A DNA stretch of 64,000 bases from Phoronis australis (lineage: Eukaryota; Animalia; Phoronida), in NCBI GenBank assembly GCA_002633005.1, contig NMRA01000011.1:110214-174213 (forward strand). The letters are read 5' to 3'. The notes under the pieces are model-generated. The model was given only the letters and a program-made list of their open reading frames with translations, did not search any database and was not told the origin of the DNA. The position numbers and the translations under genes are program-made. Below, piece after piece: positions 12,588-25,320 of the stretch. Position 1 is the stretch's first letter. Every line of letters starts with the position of its first letter.

Positions 12588-12900
12588 CTTGTACACCATG
12601 ACATCTGGTGGCAGACCACAAATTTTGTCTTCTCGGCCCATGGCAGCCGCCGCGGCGTGCCGGGTAGCCTACATCACTGAGTGCAACTCAAATTGATGGC
12701 ATTGGCCCTGTCGGTATTTTTCAACAAAATATACCACTTCATATATATTTGAGACGGCATGATCGGTTTTCCACAAAAACAGAAGCGTCAGCCTGCGTCG
12801 TCGGGCAAGACTTGGCGATAACACTGCCGTGGCAGCCCGGCATCCGGGGTTCAGTCGTCAACTGAGTTTGCCGCCGTAGGAGAAAGTGGGACACCTTGAG
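12580..12900. promoter_or_regulatory. Probable ADHFE1 promoter / CpG-rich region
   Basis: Locally GC- and CpG-rich stretch directly upstream of the start codon. It has a YY1-like AAGATGGCG at the ATG and a CTCF-like GCCACCAGATGTCA (minus strand, ~12598-12612). Confidence 0.5.
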
Positions 12901-15900
12901 CCATATGGGGTACTATGTTCCTTTGCTTGCCAAATTAAAATAAACCAATACTTTGGCACCAGATGTCACTTGCATGTGCTCCTGATGGCAAGTGTGAAAT
13001 CGTTTTGTATCATTTTCTGTTTCGCGCACTGGATGTGTAGCGTGTTGTTGATAATTCGCCGACTTCAGTAAAATTTCAAGGTATGCTAGTTTTCCTTCTG
13101 TAATAACGATAGCCTAGACACACGGGAACTGGTTAGCTGTAATAATACGTGTAGAAATGGGCTGTAAGCAGCCATACATTTCAATGTCGTTGAGAGTTGA
13201 CCTAGTTGAGTTGCTCTTGTTGCTTCAAAATTTCGTTGAAGGTGGGGCACTACATGTATATGAGCCATAGTGTGCGGGACAGCTGTTGAGCCATGGCTGA
13301 TAATGCTCCATCGTTATGTAAGCAACAACTTAAACAAGTTTTAAGTATTTTGATGCAACTTTATAGTGTATAGAAATGCCGAAATAACAAGGAAAGATAA
13401 TAAAGGAATGTGATCGAGATTGTTCTTTCCGATGACAGAGACATCCGTCTGACGGACCGCATTTTTCCACTCATGCAGCCACAGCATCAAAAATCACCAA
13501 CGTGGATATGCAAAGCTGTTGACATTATAGCAGCCCTGAAAAAATCTGATTAGATCGAAAAAGAACGTCAAAGAACTATAAAAATCAACCCGGCCGGCAC
13601 ATTATCCATGACCTCACAGCCGGCCAAAGCGATCCAGTAAGGTTTGCGGAAAGGAGGTGGCATGTCCCTTGTCAGAAATTACACTAACTGCCTGATGTGC
13701 AATGAACAATATGTGCCTGGAACCAATTACAGGAGATTGGATACAGTGCAAAACCTGCCTTGACTGGGCCCACGAAGCATGCACATCGTACATCGGTGTT
13801 GGAGACTTTACTAAGTGTGACTGGTATTAAAACCTGGGTTAAACTGGTAGTTAGTTTATTTATTAATTCGTCAAACAGTATCAAGTATCAACTCAAAGAC
13901 ATTCTTTAAGTAACCAAATATATTTTGCGTTTTGTTGACTATACTTTAATTTTGCTATGGATCAAAGTGCCATTTGGGGTTCTTTGAGTCATTTGACTAA
14001 CTAACATAAAATACCAAAAAAAAAAACATGTTGCACTTGTCTTTATTTTTATTGTATACAATAAGGACACAATGTAGTTTATTATCGTTTTTAGTTTCTG
14101 GAATTAGTTTCTTTATTTAGATGTTAAGACCAATAATTTGAAAATTGGCTCATTGTGCCCCACTCTCTCCTATAGACCTGAGTCATTCACCATCGGAGCT
14201 TGGAGATGCTTTCTGTTGACAAGACTATTATGCGTTTCAGATGGAAATTGGAACCCCGTTTTTAAGCCTTGGTCCGACCCCCCTTTTAAAAAATCTCGGA
14301 TACGCCCCTGCGCCTATATAGCCTCTAGGCGGCCCCTGTGATGATCATGGGCGGCAGTCCGGCGAATCGTCGCCGCCGGGTAATCCCCTGGCGTTTGACA
14401 ATGGTCCATTAGGCCATAAAATGTTTTCTGAAACTTGTTCAGAAGAAATTTTCTGTCATAACAGCTCAAAACGTTTGTACTAAACAAACATTCCGCCTTG
14501 AGGATTGATTTTAGAAAAGAAAGGTATCATCAGTGGGTCAGGCACGCAACGACGGAGGTCTCAAACCTTTTGAAGCCAAGTTCTATCAGTGTGTGTCTTC
14601 CGTCCATACAATTGCAGATTTTTCCTAAATTGCTTGCAGGCTTAGTGTATAAGGGCAACATATTTCCTCCCTCCACCGGTATTTTTATATGTTTTGCTTT
14701 GGACACTGCCAAATGGACAACCATTGATATAAATTTATAACTGACTGAACTCAAGTTAAAGAAGAGAATACTGGCCCGAGCCCCAGGCTGAGGCCTGTCG
14801 TTTATCCATTAATCCCGCTGCACGGTAGATACCGTAACTTTACTCTTTGAGTCGTCTGCTCAAAAATGCATTGCCTTCGGCAACACACCCGGAGAATTTG
14901 TTGCTTTGGAACTTCCCTGAGCTGCACTTATCAAGACAGGAAGGCGAAGACACGCCTCCATTTGTCGCAGTCGTCTACCTTGCTCGCCATGCGCAGGAGC
15001 TACAGCCAACTCGTATGCTTGAAAAAACACAATTTTCCTGCATATTTGGAATCATTTCATTTACTGGAGTCCCAGGCAACATAATGTCCAGTGTGTTATT
15101 GCAATCTGATGTCCATGAGAAGCTTTATGGCAATCTTTATTCACAAATTTCAGTTAATTGTGGACTTTCCCAGTACACTAGTTACACTGCTGGGCAAGGC
15201 GTCGTCAGACGCTAATCTAATGTATTTCATAAAGCCATCCCTTAATTTTTAACACGACTTGCAGTAAGTTAAAAGAAGAGTACATTATGTGTACGTTAAT
15301 ATTACGGAATTGTTCCTACAATACTGATCGAAAGTCTCTTCCTATCGAACGCGGCTAGACCGCGTCCGGGTACGGGTTCCAAACCGCAGTTGGACCTCGG
15401 CTAGCCCCAATCTGGACTTCGTCTGACCACGGTTAATCCGAAGGGAAGTCGCGTCCGTCATTGTACTATGCCTCTGCTTTGGTCATACTTCGCTCTGAAA
15501 GATGGAAATACCGGGGAGAAGCGTATGACGAAATAATTACATGTACGATGGCACACTGTTACATGTATGCCACTTTTCTTTACTGTCGTTTTCTATTCGA
15601 TTTTGTTTTCCTTCGGGTGGCATCTTTCACGCATGTAACTATTTCGTCTACATTTTCTGTTTCAGGCTATTGATTGTTTACAATCACGTGCATACAGACA
15701 GTTTAAATCTTTATTTTCACATTATTTTAGATCCCCTCTCTCTTACTTGCAATTGCTTTGATCGGATATTAGTTGCTGCAATTGGTACTTCATTATTCCC
15801 GCGGCAAGACAACTTTACAAGGCGTGATTGCTGGAGCAATTTTTGTACATCAGCAGACTAGTTGGGTAAACACAGTGCGTCATTGTGTTGTTTTTTACGC

Positions 15901-18559
15901 CAACTTGAATGACGCAGAAAGCGTCCCTAAAACTATCCCTGCACCCTAAACTCATTCCAAGAAAGCAAAAAACAACGCCGTCAAAAACACCAATGAAAAC
16001 AACTCCAACGCATCTGCCTCAGTCGAGCGTGATCCAGGTTGACGATAGTCCTAATGAGTTCTATGGTACATGTATAGACGAAAAGCGGACTTAGTTTAGA
16101 CGGTCTTTTGCGGCTAAACATTTTTCAAAGTATTGTTTTGGCAATTGAAAACACAACTTGAGAAAGCACATACTCGACATAGCCCAGTCGTTTAGATAGG
16201 TCTGAGGTTCCACTTGCTCTTTGAGGAGAGGACGTACAAATAGCGGGCCAGCGGGGGGTTGGTTTAAATCATTAAATCAGGATATTCTTTTAAATGTTCA
16301 AGATTGTGACCGATACCGTGGAGTGGTGTATATGGATTGAAAAAAACGATCACATAACAGTAATTTTGGAAGACTCATAATGCAAACTTCCTGTCGTAAC
16401 AAAAACGCCGATTGGCCTTCCGCTTATCTATTTGGTTCTCAACAGCTTGACCGTGAGACATTTATTAATCTCTGATTCTGGAAATGTATCAAACACATTC
16501 GATTGCCAAGACGTCTTGTCTTGCGTTGTCCATCCGTGTGCGCTTGTTGTCAATTACTTAATGTGACCGAGGTCAAAATCAATAAGCATGATTTTACATA
16601 TGACAAAAAATGAAAGTTCGAGTGTGGCAGAAAGTCAAAATCGAACTCTAGAGGGCATGAGAGTATGAACCTACATCCCATGTGCTAGAGGGCAGCGCAG
16701 GGCAACGTATTGTGTGCTATGAATTGTGTGTGCTGTTTCGGTGGCACGACAATACATGTATGTCACTTCCGGCAAAACTCGAGAGGCCTCCTAACAAACA
16801 TCGCATTGTGTTCGCTACCCATTATGCTAGCGTTTAGAATCGTAGTTGGTTATTTTCAGTAGCAATCTTTGCACAAAGTCGTTACGAAGTGCCTTGGTCT
16901 CGACAAAAATCCTTTTCGTGAACGCTGTTTGCACTTCTCGTTGACAAAAAATCGTGGCACGTCGTCATAAAAACCTTGTCGTGTGCGTTGACTTAATTAA
17001 TCAGCACAAACAAGATAATGAATATCTGTGCAGACAGGTAACATCCATGATTGTAATACATTCAAGTAGAGCATCACACTGGTAGTAATTTATTATGTTT
17101 GATGGACTCTAATTAATTTTTATAACCCCAAGGAGCTGTGAAGATTTCATTTCGAAAACATGTGTGATTAAGAATAAATCGATTTTCGCCTACGTGCACT
17201 GTCGTTCTGTGAGCAAAGGCCAAAGTGAGCTCAGGCTGAACATCTCGGGTGATGTTTTCGCAGCCTAAAATCTGAGGTTAAGAAACCGCCTAAGGAGTTC
17301 CAAATGAATAAACCGCTAATTGTTTACGAAGATCTCCGATTCAGAAATCCAACAATCCCTTGGTTTTATCAGAATGTGGAATCGTCAATTCAATTACCAC
17401 GCATTTTTTTCCTGATAACGACGTTACAGGCAAGCGAAATAAACATACTGAGTGTAGAGTACACTCGAAGCCACCGTCGTTTCGGCTTTCAGTGCGCAGC
17501 CGGCTTCCTGTAAGCCGAAAACACATCCGTTCCTGCCTGCATCGACTTTCTTATTTTGAAAGCCTCGCGTGAGAGGTAACTAGCCCAGAAGGTGTCGTTA
17601 CTCTCGTACTTAAAAAGCTGTAAAGAATACATCAAACACCATTTGACTGTTATTTTGTGATTATTCTGTACGTAATCAATTACGTATCGTAAACTGTATC
17701 GTATGAAAACACATGCACAGTCTGTAGGATATTGAACGAACTAACGCCAGCTCAGTGTATGTGGAGAGTCAACTTGCAAGGGTGGGAATCAACGTGAAAT
17801 TAATTCATTTTCATCATTACATGAATTTCTGGTTTGCGCTGACATCAACCAATGTACATGTACAGGCAAGGTCCAGATACACTGGCCACTATCTTTTGCG
17901 ACGCCAAGCCAGAGGGGCTGGTCAGCGATAATCATTCAAAACGCGTTTCCTTGGACGAACTGGCTTAATGGAGCGTTGCGAGCATGGCATCAAACGTAAT
18001 AAACAACTTTGCCTAACAAAGTATGAGACTGGTTTTTGAAAAACTACAAACTTTTTAAGAATCAATGATTCCACAAATATGTAGAGCATATAAAGCAACC
18101 GAAGTTTGTGTTCGAATCACAAAAATCGGTTCAGTGTAACTGGTTAACGCACATCAAAATAAAATTGACTTAAACTGCTTGACTGATGAGGAAAGCAGTC
18201 CGTGCTCAATTATCTTCACCTGTCGAGTAGACTCGTGCTGTTTTCATCAAAAAATGTCATGGGGAAATGAGCCGTTTGGACATGTCGGATAATGAGTCAA
18301 TCCCAGGGACAATTTCATGTTATGATGACCAATCGAGAACCAGATTAGATTCAGATCCATCTAGTCTCTACTATGCGAGCAAATTTTATACCAGCTCATT
18401 GTGCAATAGCAGGAGCTGGTTCCCCTGCAGCTATGTCCACTATGACTCATAGCCATATACAATTTGCATTTTTCACATTACTCATTCTATATGCGCGCAT
18501 ACACGCACAAACAAACATGTATACACATGTCATTATCAATTACGCATTAACATTGTGTT

Positions 18560-18779
18560 AAAAATATGAGCACTGCCACAGAAATAGCTTTCGCACTATA
18601 TCCAGGTTCTCATTCACTCTCTCGCATACATTCACTAGCAATGCTGAGCTCACTATAAGAGAATGAGACACATTGTGCAATGCTCGCTTGACGTCTGTCA
18701 GTAAAGCCAGGATTCCGTCGCCACGCGGTTTCCCAAACTGGAGTCCGGATACCAAACCACTGAGTCACATTGTCTCCTC
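18560..18779 (-). mobile_element. Possible decayed tRNA-derived SINE
   Basis: The minus strand begins gaggagacaatgtgactcagtggtttggtatccggactcc...ggaatcctgg, which resembles a tRNA head (A-box-like TGACTCAGTGG, degenerate B-box). Confidence 0.3.
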
Positions 18780-21565
18780 AAACAGTTTGTTCAACATGAT
18801 GTATTGTGTGGAGTGTTGACATGTAATACGTATTCTTTTTTACAAATGTGTCCAAAGTGTCTGGTTTATTTTATACATTTGTAAGTATCTAGAATGCTAC
18901 TGGTACCATAAGTCAGTCTGCCAACATTAGTGTGTGGTAAACTTAAAGACTGGATTTACGCATTAGGGGCGTCCGAGCGAAGTTTGAATTTGTTGGAATG
19001 CCACGGCCAATGTCTCTACAGAGCTGCGACAAGGAAAATGTGATATTGTCAAGATGCATGTAAGCATGGGATTGGCATCTGCAGCATGTTCAGATAAAAT
19101 GGTTTGAATCGCCGAAACGTTAACGTGACAAAAAGGCCCTGTCGTATGTCAGTGATTTGTCTTATCAACACTGAAGTCACGTGTCTAATCGGTTCGAGCA
19201 GCTCCGCACGATAGCGGCCTGTAATTCCTTTTTTTCGAGGGCATACCTTTTACCTGGGAAAGCCTTGCGCACACCCATAGGCGGCACTGTGATAAGGGAA
19301 ATACTCTTTGCGGAACCCAACAACGAATGCTCATGAGAGCGGAATCTGGAAAATGGGGTTGACTGATGTCTCAGTAATTAGTGTAAGTAATACAACATAA
19401 ACAAAATCGCTCCTAATTGCTCAGACTAATCACTCATGCATTCGTTGCTCAAGAAACAAAACAATTCCCAGTTGAAGTAGCGTATTTGACAGTACGAATT
19501 TGACAATTTAGAACGTTCTCGTAAATGTTTTCTGTTATTTTATTACTTTTTGGGTCAGATAAACAGATTGATCACTTGCATGTTTGCATGCGAGCTCTTA
19601 TATGTAAACGAATGGCTTATCCGTTTATTGTATAAAGTTATGCCGTTTGTTTGTACAGTAACGACCATGTCCTATAAAGGTAGTTATTTATTGCGATTTT
19701 GAAAAAGTGCAAGCGTGGATGCGAATAGACAAACGTCACTCTAGGGTATTTCTCATTATGTCATATAAAGACTAATGTGTAAGTTCTCAAGAATTTTGAC
19801 ACCGAGATGGAAGTGAATGAGAACCGAATAAATGTAGGAGACAAGTACTTGTATAAGAATCCCATGGATTGTAACGCATGCGTGCCTTTGACAAGACTAT
19901 GGTCCTTTCCTGCTCACCCAGTTTCTTTGAGACTTCAGAGTTATTCGAAGTATAGTAGTCGTTCTCTTGTCTTGGATTTGATTAACGTCACATGAATCAT
20001 TTTGGCTGACAAAAATGGCTTGTTCTGGGTTGTCCACACGGTTCGTCCATCTCCAGTACCTCAATAATCGGGGGTGCATGACATAACAAATAAGCGCGCA
20101 GTGCACTACTGATCCAGCGTTCACTCAAAGTCCGACCATAAGGCAGATTGGACATTTGACCTGTCGTCTTCGAATAGTTCATCATGTTGTGAAAAAGCTA
20201 GTCAATTCGTGACTGATCTGCCTCCTGGTCGTCCGACCCAAATCTTCACACGGTATTTAGGTGTGGAAGTAATACCGATTGGGATTCTAATCAGACGCGT
20301 CGGTCGAACACATATGCACGTACATGTATGAAGAGCCACTATTCACGCGCGGAATTGGTTAGGCCCTATTCCACGCGTCAAAAATAGCTATTGAACGCAC
20401 CTTTACTCAGTGTGCGTACTTTACTTCAGTGCCCGTACTGAATAATGTCCAATAAAAGACTACTGTCATAGGATCGAGATGTCTCCCCATCGATAGTGAC
20501 TCCCATCCAGTGGGGTGTGGTTGTTGGGAGGGACCTGGGCCCCCTGAAAAGGCGTTTCAGGGGCGACGAAATCGCAATTTGAAGGCACCGAATCACAAAA
20601 TGTGTTGTTCCAAATTGTATATACAAAACGTCCACTTTTGGGGCGCATTGTTTTAGTTGTCCTAAGACGGATTTGCAGATGGGAAATATACAGAATATTT
20701 CGCAATTGCTAATCCGACGGCAAGACAGTCGCAGTACAACGCGCCCATTTCATGATGTATGTCTTTCGTGCTTAGTGCCTTGGGAATCCCATTCTAGACC
20801 CTTTTACTAGGTATGAGATCGAAAAACCCAAAGCTGGTCGAAACATGAGCTAACCTCTCAGAATTTACATGTACATGTAGGTAGAGAGCGTGGCATAGTC
20901 TATTACACCCATCCGTCTGTATATGACAAGGTTTGTTCCATAGGCGTCATTTTTAGATGTCTATTGTTTCTTCTATGTGAAGAGCATTTCTCATACAGGA
21001 GCTATAAAAACACACCGACTCTGAAGCCAGTTAATCGCCACTTGGTTAGTAGCAACATCCAAGCTACCGAGTGTCTTGTTGAGTTGCAGAGAATAAAAAA
21101 GTTAAAAACAATAAATTCGATTCAAGTTGAGATCTACAATGCAATAATATTATTATACGTGTACGAGTTTACCTCTCGAGCGATGTTTGCGGCCATGGGG
21201 GTTCTTCCATTCGTTACGGAGAGGGGAAAAGGGAGGGGGGTAAATGAAGGAAAAGGCTGGACAGGAACCACCAGTGGAAAAATACAAGAGAGATGATACA
21301 TATGAGTTGCGGCATCGATCAACGAGGGAAGATAACCGTACGGTGAAATTGTTTCGAACTGGGTGTAGCAGTTAGGTTGCGATGAGACAAGTGGAATGCG
21401 TATAGATTCACAAATAACTATCCAAAAGAGAACACAAGAGATACATGTAGGCTAAACTTGAAAAATATTGGAGAAGAATTTAACATCTGTATGTAGCAGA
21501 TAAAACTGTGTCATGCGATGGATATTTTTTTCATTGCTCTCCGACGATATGATGTTAAATGTCTA

Positions 21566-22343
21566 AACCCTTTACTTAACTAAAGAGCTGAAAAGTCTGG
21601 AAAGTCAGACATTTCCGCCCACTCACTAAGGGCCTTGTTCATTGACTGGATTCCCCGCGTCAGGTTGACCTGGTTTAAAATGAGGCCGTACTCCTCTGGC
21701 AGCCGTAATCCTTGATCACAGTTCAAACCTGGGCGTCTGGTTCTAATGTAGACAGTCTCCTTGACCTTTCTTGAGTGCCATTGTTCTTTTCTGGCAAGGA
21801 TTCTGGCGTGAACACTGTTAATGGTGTGATCCCCTACGCCTGTGGGTCTGTCCAGTTTGGAGCTAGTGTTCCCTCATCTTTGTCCGTAGGCTGCGTTTGG
21901 TTTTCCCCATGTATTGACAGGTGGGAACCTCCTTGCACGACACCAAAGATATAAAATCTTTGACGACACTTGGTATTCTTGTCAGCTGTGGTAGGGTCCT
22001 TCGGGTGAATCAACTTTTCCCGGATGGTGTTGATAGATTTGAAAAATGTCTTAACCCCCAGCGATTTGAAGGTTCGTGACAGTAGTTCAGAAAGATTCTG
22101 GGCGTACGGAATAGATGTGGATGGTTGTCTGAGCTCATCCCTGTGGGTGCCCTGATTGCGGTTACGTCATGCGGCCTTGTTCAAGGGTAACGCAGTTCTC
22201 TGCTCTGTTGATAAGGATGCGCACCACTAAGCGTTTGTGGTGTACGGGGTGGTTTGAGCAAAAGTTCAGGCATCGATCGGTGTGAATGGGATTGCAGTAC
22301 ACATTAATCTTGGTAGAGCCGTCATCGTTAACGTGTATGCATA
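21566..22343 (-). mobile_element. Penelope-like element (PLE) 3' fragment: RT C-terminus, linker, GIY-YIG endonuclease and pLTR end; decayed
   Basis: Translations include VNDDGSTKINVYCNPIHTDRCLNFCSNHPVHHKRLVVRILINRA, IPYAQNLSELLSRTFKSLGVKTFFKSINTIREKLIHPKD, YMGKTKRSLRTKMREH and ARILARKEQWHSRKVKETVYIRTRRPGLNCDQG. All are typical PLE motifs. Stops and frameshifts are present. Confidence 0.9.
21603..21647 (-). ncRNA. Degenerate minimal type-I hammerhead-like motif in the PLE pLTR
   Basis: The minus strand reads AGTCA-ATGAACA-AG-GCCC-ttagtgagt-GGGC-g-GAAA-TG-TC-TGACT: stem I AGTCA/TGACT, stem II GCCC/GGGC and a minimal stem III. The core is non-canonical. Confidence 0.5.
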
Positions 22344-23050
22344 CAACAGAGCAAAGAACGGCTTGACCAAGACCGCCGGGATGAGATTTCTCACACACGA
22401 TCTGTAGTGCTCTGACTGACAATGATTAAGCTGGGCACTCACCATTCCACTACACTGACGTAACCACAATCAGGGCACCCACAGGGATGAGCTCAGCCCG
22501 TCGACCCATATCCATTCCCAAGAACCTTTCTGAACAACTGTCACGCACCTTCAAATCGTGTGGTGTAAAGACACGTTTTCAAACCTATCAACAACAGGGA
22601 AAAGTTGGTTCACCCAAATAAGGGGCCTAACCCCACACTGACAAGAAGTCTTGTGCTGTGTACCAGCTGTCGTGCAAGAGGATCCCAGCCATCAACGGGA
22701 ATCCAAACGTACCCTAGGGACAAGGACGAGGGGACACTCCAAACTGGACAGAGCCACAGGCGTAGCGGAACACACACTGAACACTGATCACACCATCGAC
22801 ACGTGCAATGCTAGAATACTTGCCAGAGAAGAACACTGGTACTCAAGAAAGGCCTAGAAGGCTGTCCACATTGGAACCAGACACCCCTATTTGAACAGTG
22901 ATCAAGGGTTATAGCTACTAGCGCTGTGCGACCTTATTCTAATACCAGGTCAGCCTGAGGCAGGAAATCCAATAAGTGAACAAGGTCCTCAGAGAGTAGG
23001 CGGAAACGTCCACTCACCAGATGTTTATGCTTTTTAGTAAGTGAGATTTT
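22344..23050 (+). mobile_element. Second, inverted PLE copy (linker, GIY-YIG, pLTR end); decayed
   Basis: Reverse-complement match to the left copy, e.g. tgacgtaaccacaatcagggcacccacagggatgagctcag at 22456 vs ~22129-22169. Peptide ESKRTLGTRTRGH...TGVAEHTLNTDHTIDTCNARILAREEHWYSRKA. Confidence 0.9.
22971..23014 (+). ncRNA. Degenerate minimal hammerhead-like motif (G3-C8 core) in the second PLE copy
   Basis: aataa-GTGAACA-aggtcctcagagagtaggcg-GAAA-CG-TC-cact is homologous to the left-arm motif, with partly decayed stems. Confidence 0.45.
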
Positions 23051-23384
23051 CGGAAGAAAAAGTTTGGAAACTGAAACCGCTTAGTGACCAAGAAACCAAA
23101 GAACTAAGGTCTTTTATAAAATTTTGCCTTAAAGAGGACTGGAAGGCAAAAAACAGACTAAATTGAATTGTTCAAAATAGTTGTCTGCCACTGAAACAGA
23201 ATTCACCAGGTATTTTACGGTTTGTTCGTGACTATTTTGAATTTCTGCTGTTGTCAAAGCATTTTTCTTTTAGCTTCAAGTTCAAAAAAGCAATCGGTCA
23301 ACTTCTCGTCACTTAGTCGATTTTCCTCCCACAAGGTAAAGCAATCTCCTTATTTGGTGTGGCAAGACATATACGTAAACAAAA

Positions 23385-25320
23385 CAATGGCGACTTCAAG
23401 CAACAGCCAGTCCAATTACGACGCACTTGATGCATGTCCCAAGTGTTTGCAGCTAGTTATAACGGTATCGCAACGTTCAAATATCTTTCAAATGCACTCG
23501 GAATTCTTTTTGGGAAATTGCTTGCTTCGCTGGATTGCCTGATGGTGTGCTTTCGACCTCAGATTCGAAGTGGCGGTCACACACGACAATCTGCCGTTAT
23601 TAGGTCATCGTCATACGCTGTTTGTCGAATGACTGAAAGTGCGTGGCATTGCGTCTCTTATCATAAATATGAGGGAGATTAGAAATTCTATGGTGACGAC
23701 ACAGTTTTTTTTTTCTTAGCACGTATTTCAAAAATTGTGAGCTTCGAGATTTGTTACTTGTTTGCATATTCCCTCCTAGGAGTAAGTGAATAACTCTGAA
23801 CATAGTAGACATTCCGTGATGGTATTTCGTCAGGAATTCTTTAAACGATATTGTTGACAAACTGTCCGTGGTTCTTTGAAAGCTGAAACGGCGAAGCAGA
23901 AGCAGGTACCCAGGATTGGAACCAAGCGAATCCGATGTTGTAATATCGGATGCATCAAACTGTATCGGCGAAGACGAGTCCCACAGTACTAACAAGTCAT
24001 TCGACTGTACAGTTCTTGCACCACCAAATGTTGTTGGAATTATCAGTGACACGCATGCGTCAAATGCATGCTTTGAATCATCTCCGCCTGGCCCCGTTAG
24101 AAACTGTAAAATGTTCTTGGCATCTTTGCGCCCACTTCGTAGCGAAATTGACAGCGAATTGAACATAGATGAAATATGTGACATTGCGGCATTGGGTTAT
24201 ACCTGCAGAAGCGTCAAGTAATGCTTTCGTTGTCAGTAACATGCATACGTCTAAGTTGTAATGTAGATCAAGGACTAGAATCGAATCAGCCTCCACTTGC
24301 AAAACTAGTACAAGTATCCACGATTATAAAACAGTAACGGTAAATATACGTGCATATGCAGATGCATCCAATACCGCCATAGATAACAATAACTTGAGCT
24401 ATGCTGTGCTAGGACCCTTAGACCTCTTGTTCTTCCTTGAAAACGTTAGATCCAATTAACGTCATAGGTCAGGGCAACGTTTCCAATACCTAAAAATTGA
24501 TATTTAGAAATCAGAGCCGAGCCAGACAGGAGAAACACTCGTGTGTCCGGGAAAGAGATGATCGGACAAAATCAGCATACTGCTTCCATGAAAACACTCC
24601 CTCCTTAAGAAGGTTGTCGTTCGGCTTAACCATTGATTCTCTGTTCTCCATTCCATGTCAGTCTGCTGGGTTCTCCCCTTTTTCTTGGTATAGAGTGCAA
24701 CTAGTCTACACTACATTGAAAAGGATTTTGAGAAGATGGAAATTCGAGTCTGAGTTTGGAGACTGAATCCGGCACGGACCCCAAGTTCATCATGCCATGC
24801 ATGCTTGCGCTTCATACACATGCACTAAAAAGGATAGCAAACCCGGTTTCGGCCTTTTGTCAGATACTAAAAACGAGTTTCCGACCCATTTCTCTGAAAC
24901 AAAGTAACTCTCGACAACACTCAAAAGTTAGGAGGAAAGCTTAAAATCTCCTAAAGTGTTCTATTATGGGTTAGCTAGACACACGCTTTTGGCGAATTAC
25001 ACGGCGACTGTGGGAAAAGACCACCTACCAAGGTCCATAATATCCAGTTTGTGAGATGGGATAGGGAGTATGAGGTTGTAGTTGATTTCTATCATTGCCG
25101 TACAAGATTGACGCCAATGATGCAATATCACGTGATAGAACGAGGATTCGTTGAAATCACCAAAACATCGTTCAGTTCGGGTACAAATTGCATTGGATAT
25201 AAGAAACCACGATGCTGTAAAACAACGAATACGCAGTAGAGTTGTGACCATTCGTACGGAATCGGTGATTTAACAAGTCCGTGAGTTATATTCATAATTA
25301 GCGCCATTAAATTGAATCAC
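23385..25320 (+). mobile_element. Highly decayed CR1/L2-like LINE (PHD-like ORF1 start, APE endonuclease, RT N-terminal region)
   Basis: Fragments occur in the expected order: DACPKCLQLV (PHD-like), CKMFLASLRPLRSEIDSELNIDEICDIAALGYT (APE start) and DGIGSMRL..SIIAV...CNIT..NEDSLKSPKHRSV (pre-RT region). Many stops. Confidence 0.5.

Noticed and set aside
14847-15215. 122-aa ORF
   Set aside because: No recognisable domain, a non-ATG start, and no convincing splice context.
18174-18200. ACTGCTT-GA-CTGATGA-G-GAAA-GCAGT contains hammerhead core words and a stem III
   Set aside because: There is no room for stem I or stem II, so it cannot fold as a hammerhead in cis. Probably chance.
20810-20855. 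ctggtcgaaacatg, resembling a PLE hammerhead 3' half
   Set aside because: No recognisable CUGANGA core or stem I, and no adjacent PLE coding remnants.
23600-24184. 194-aa minus-strand ORF, the longest ungapped ORF in the track
   Set aside because: It is antisense to LINE-like remnants on the plus strand and has no recognisable domain.
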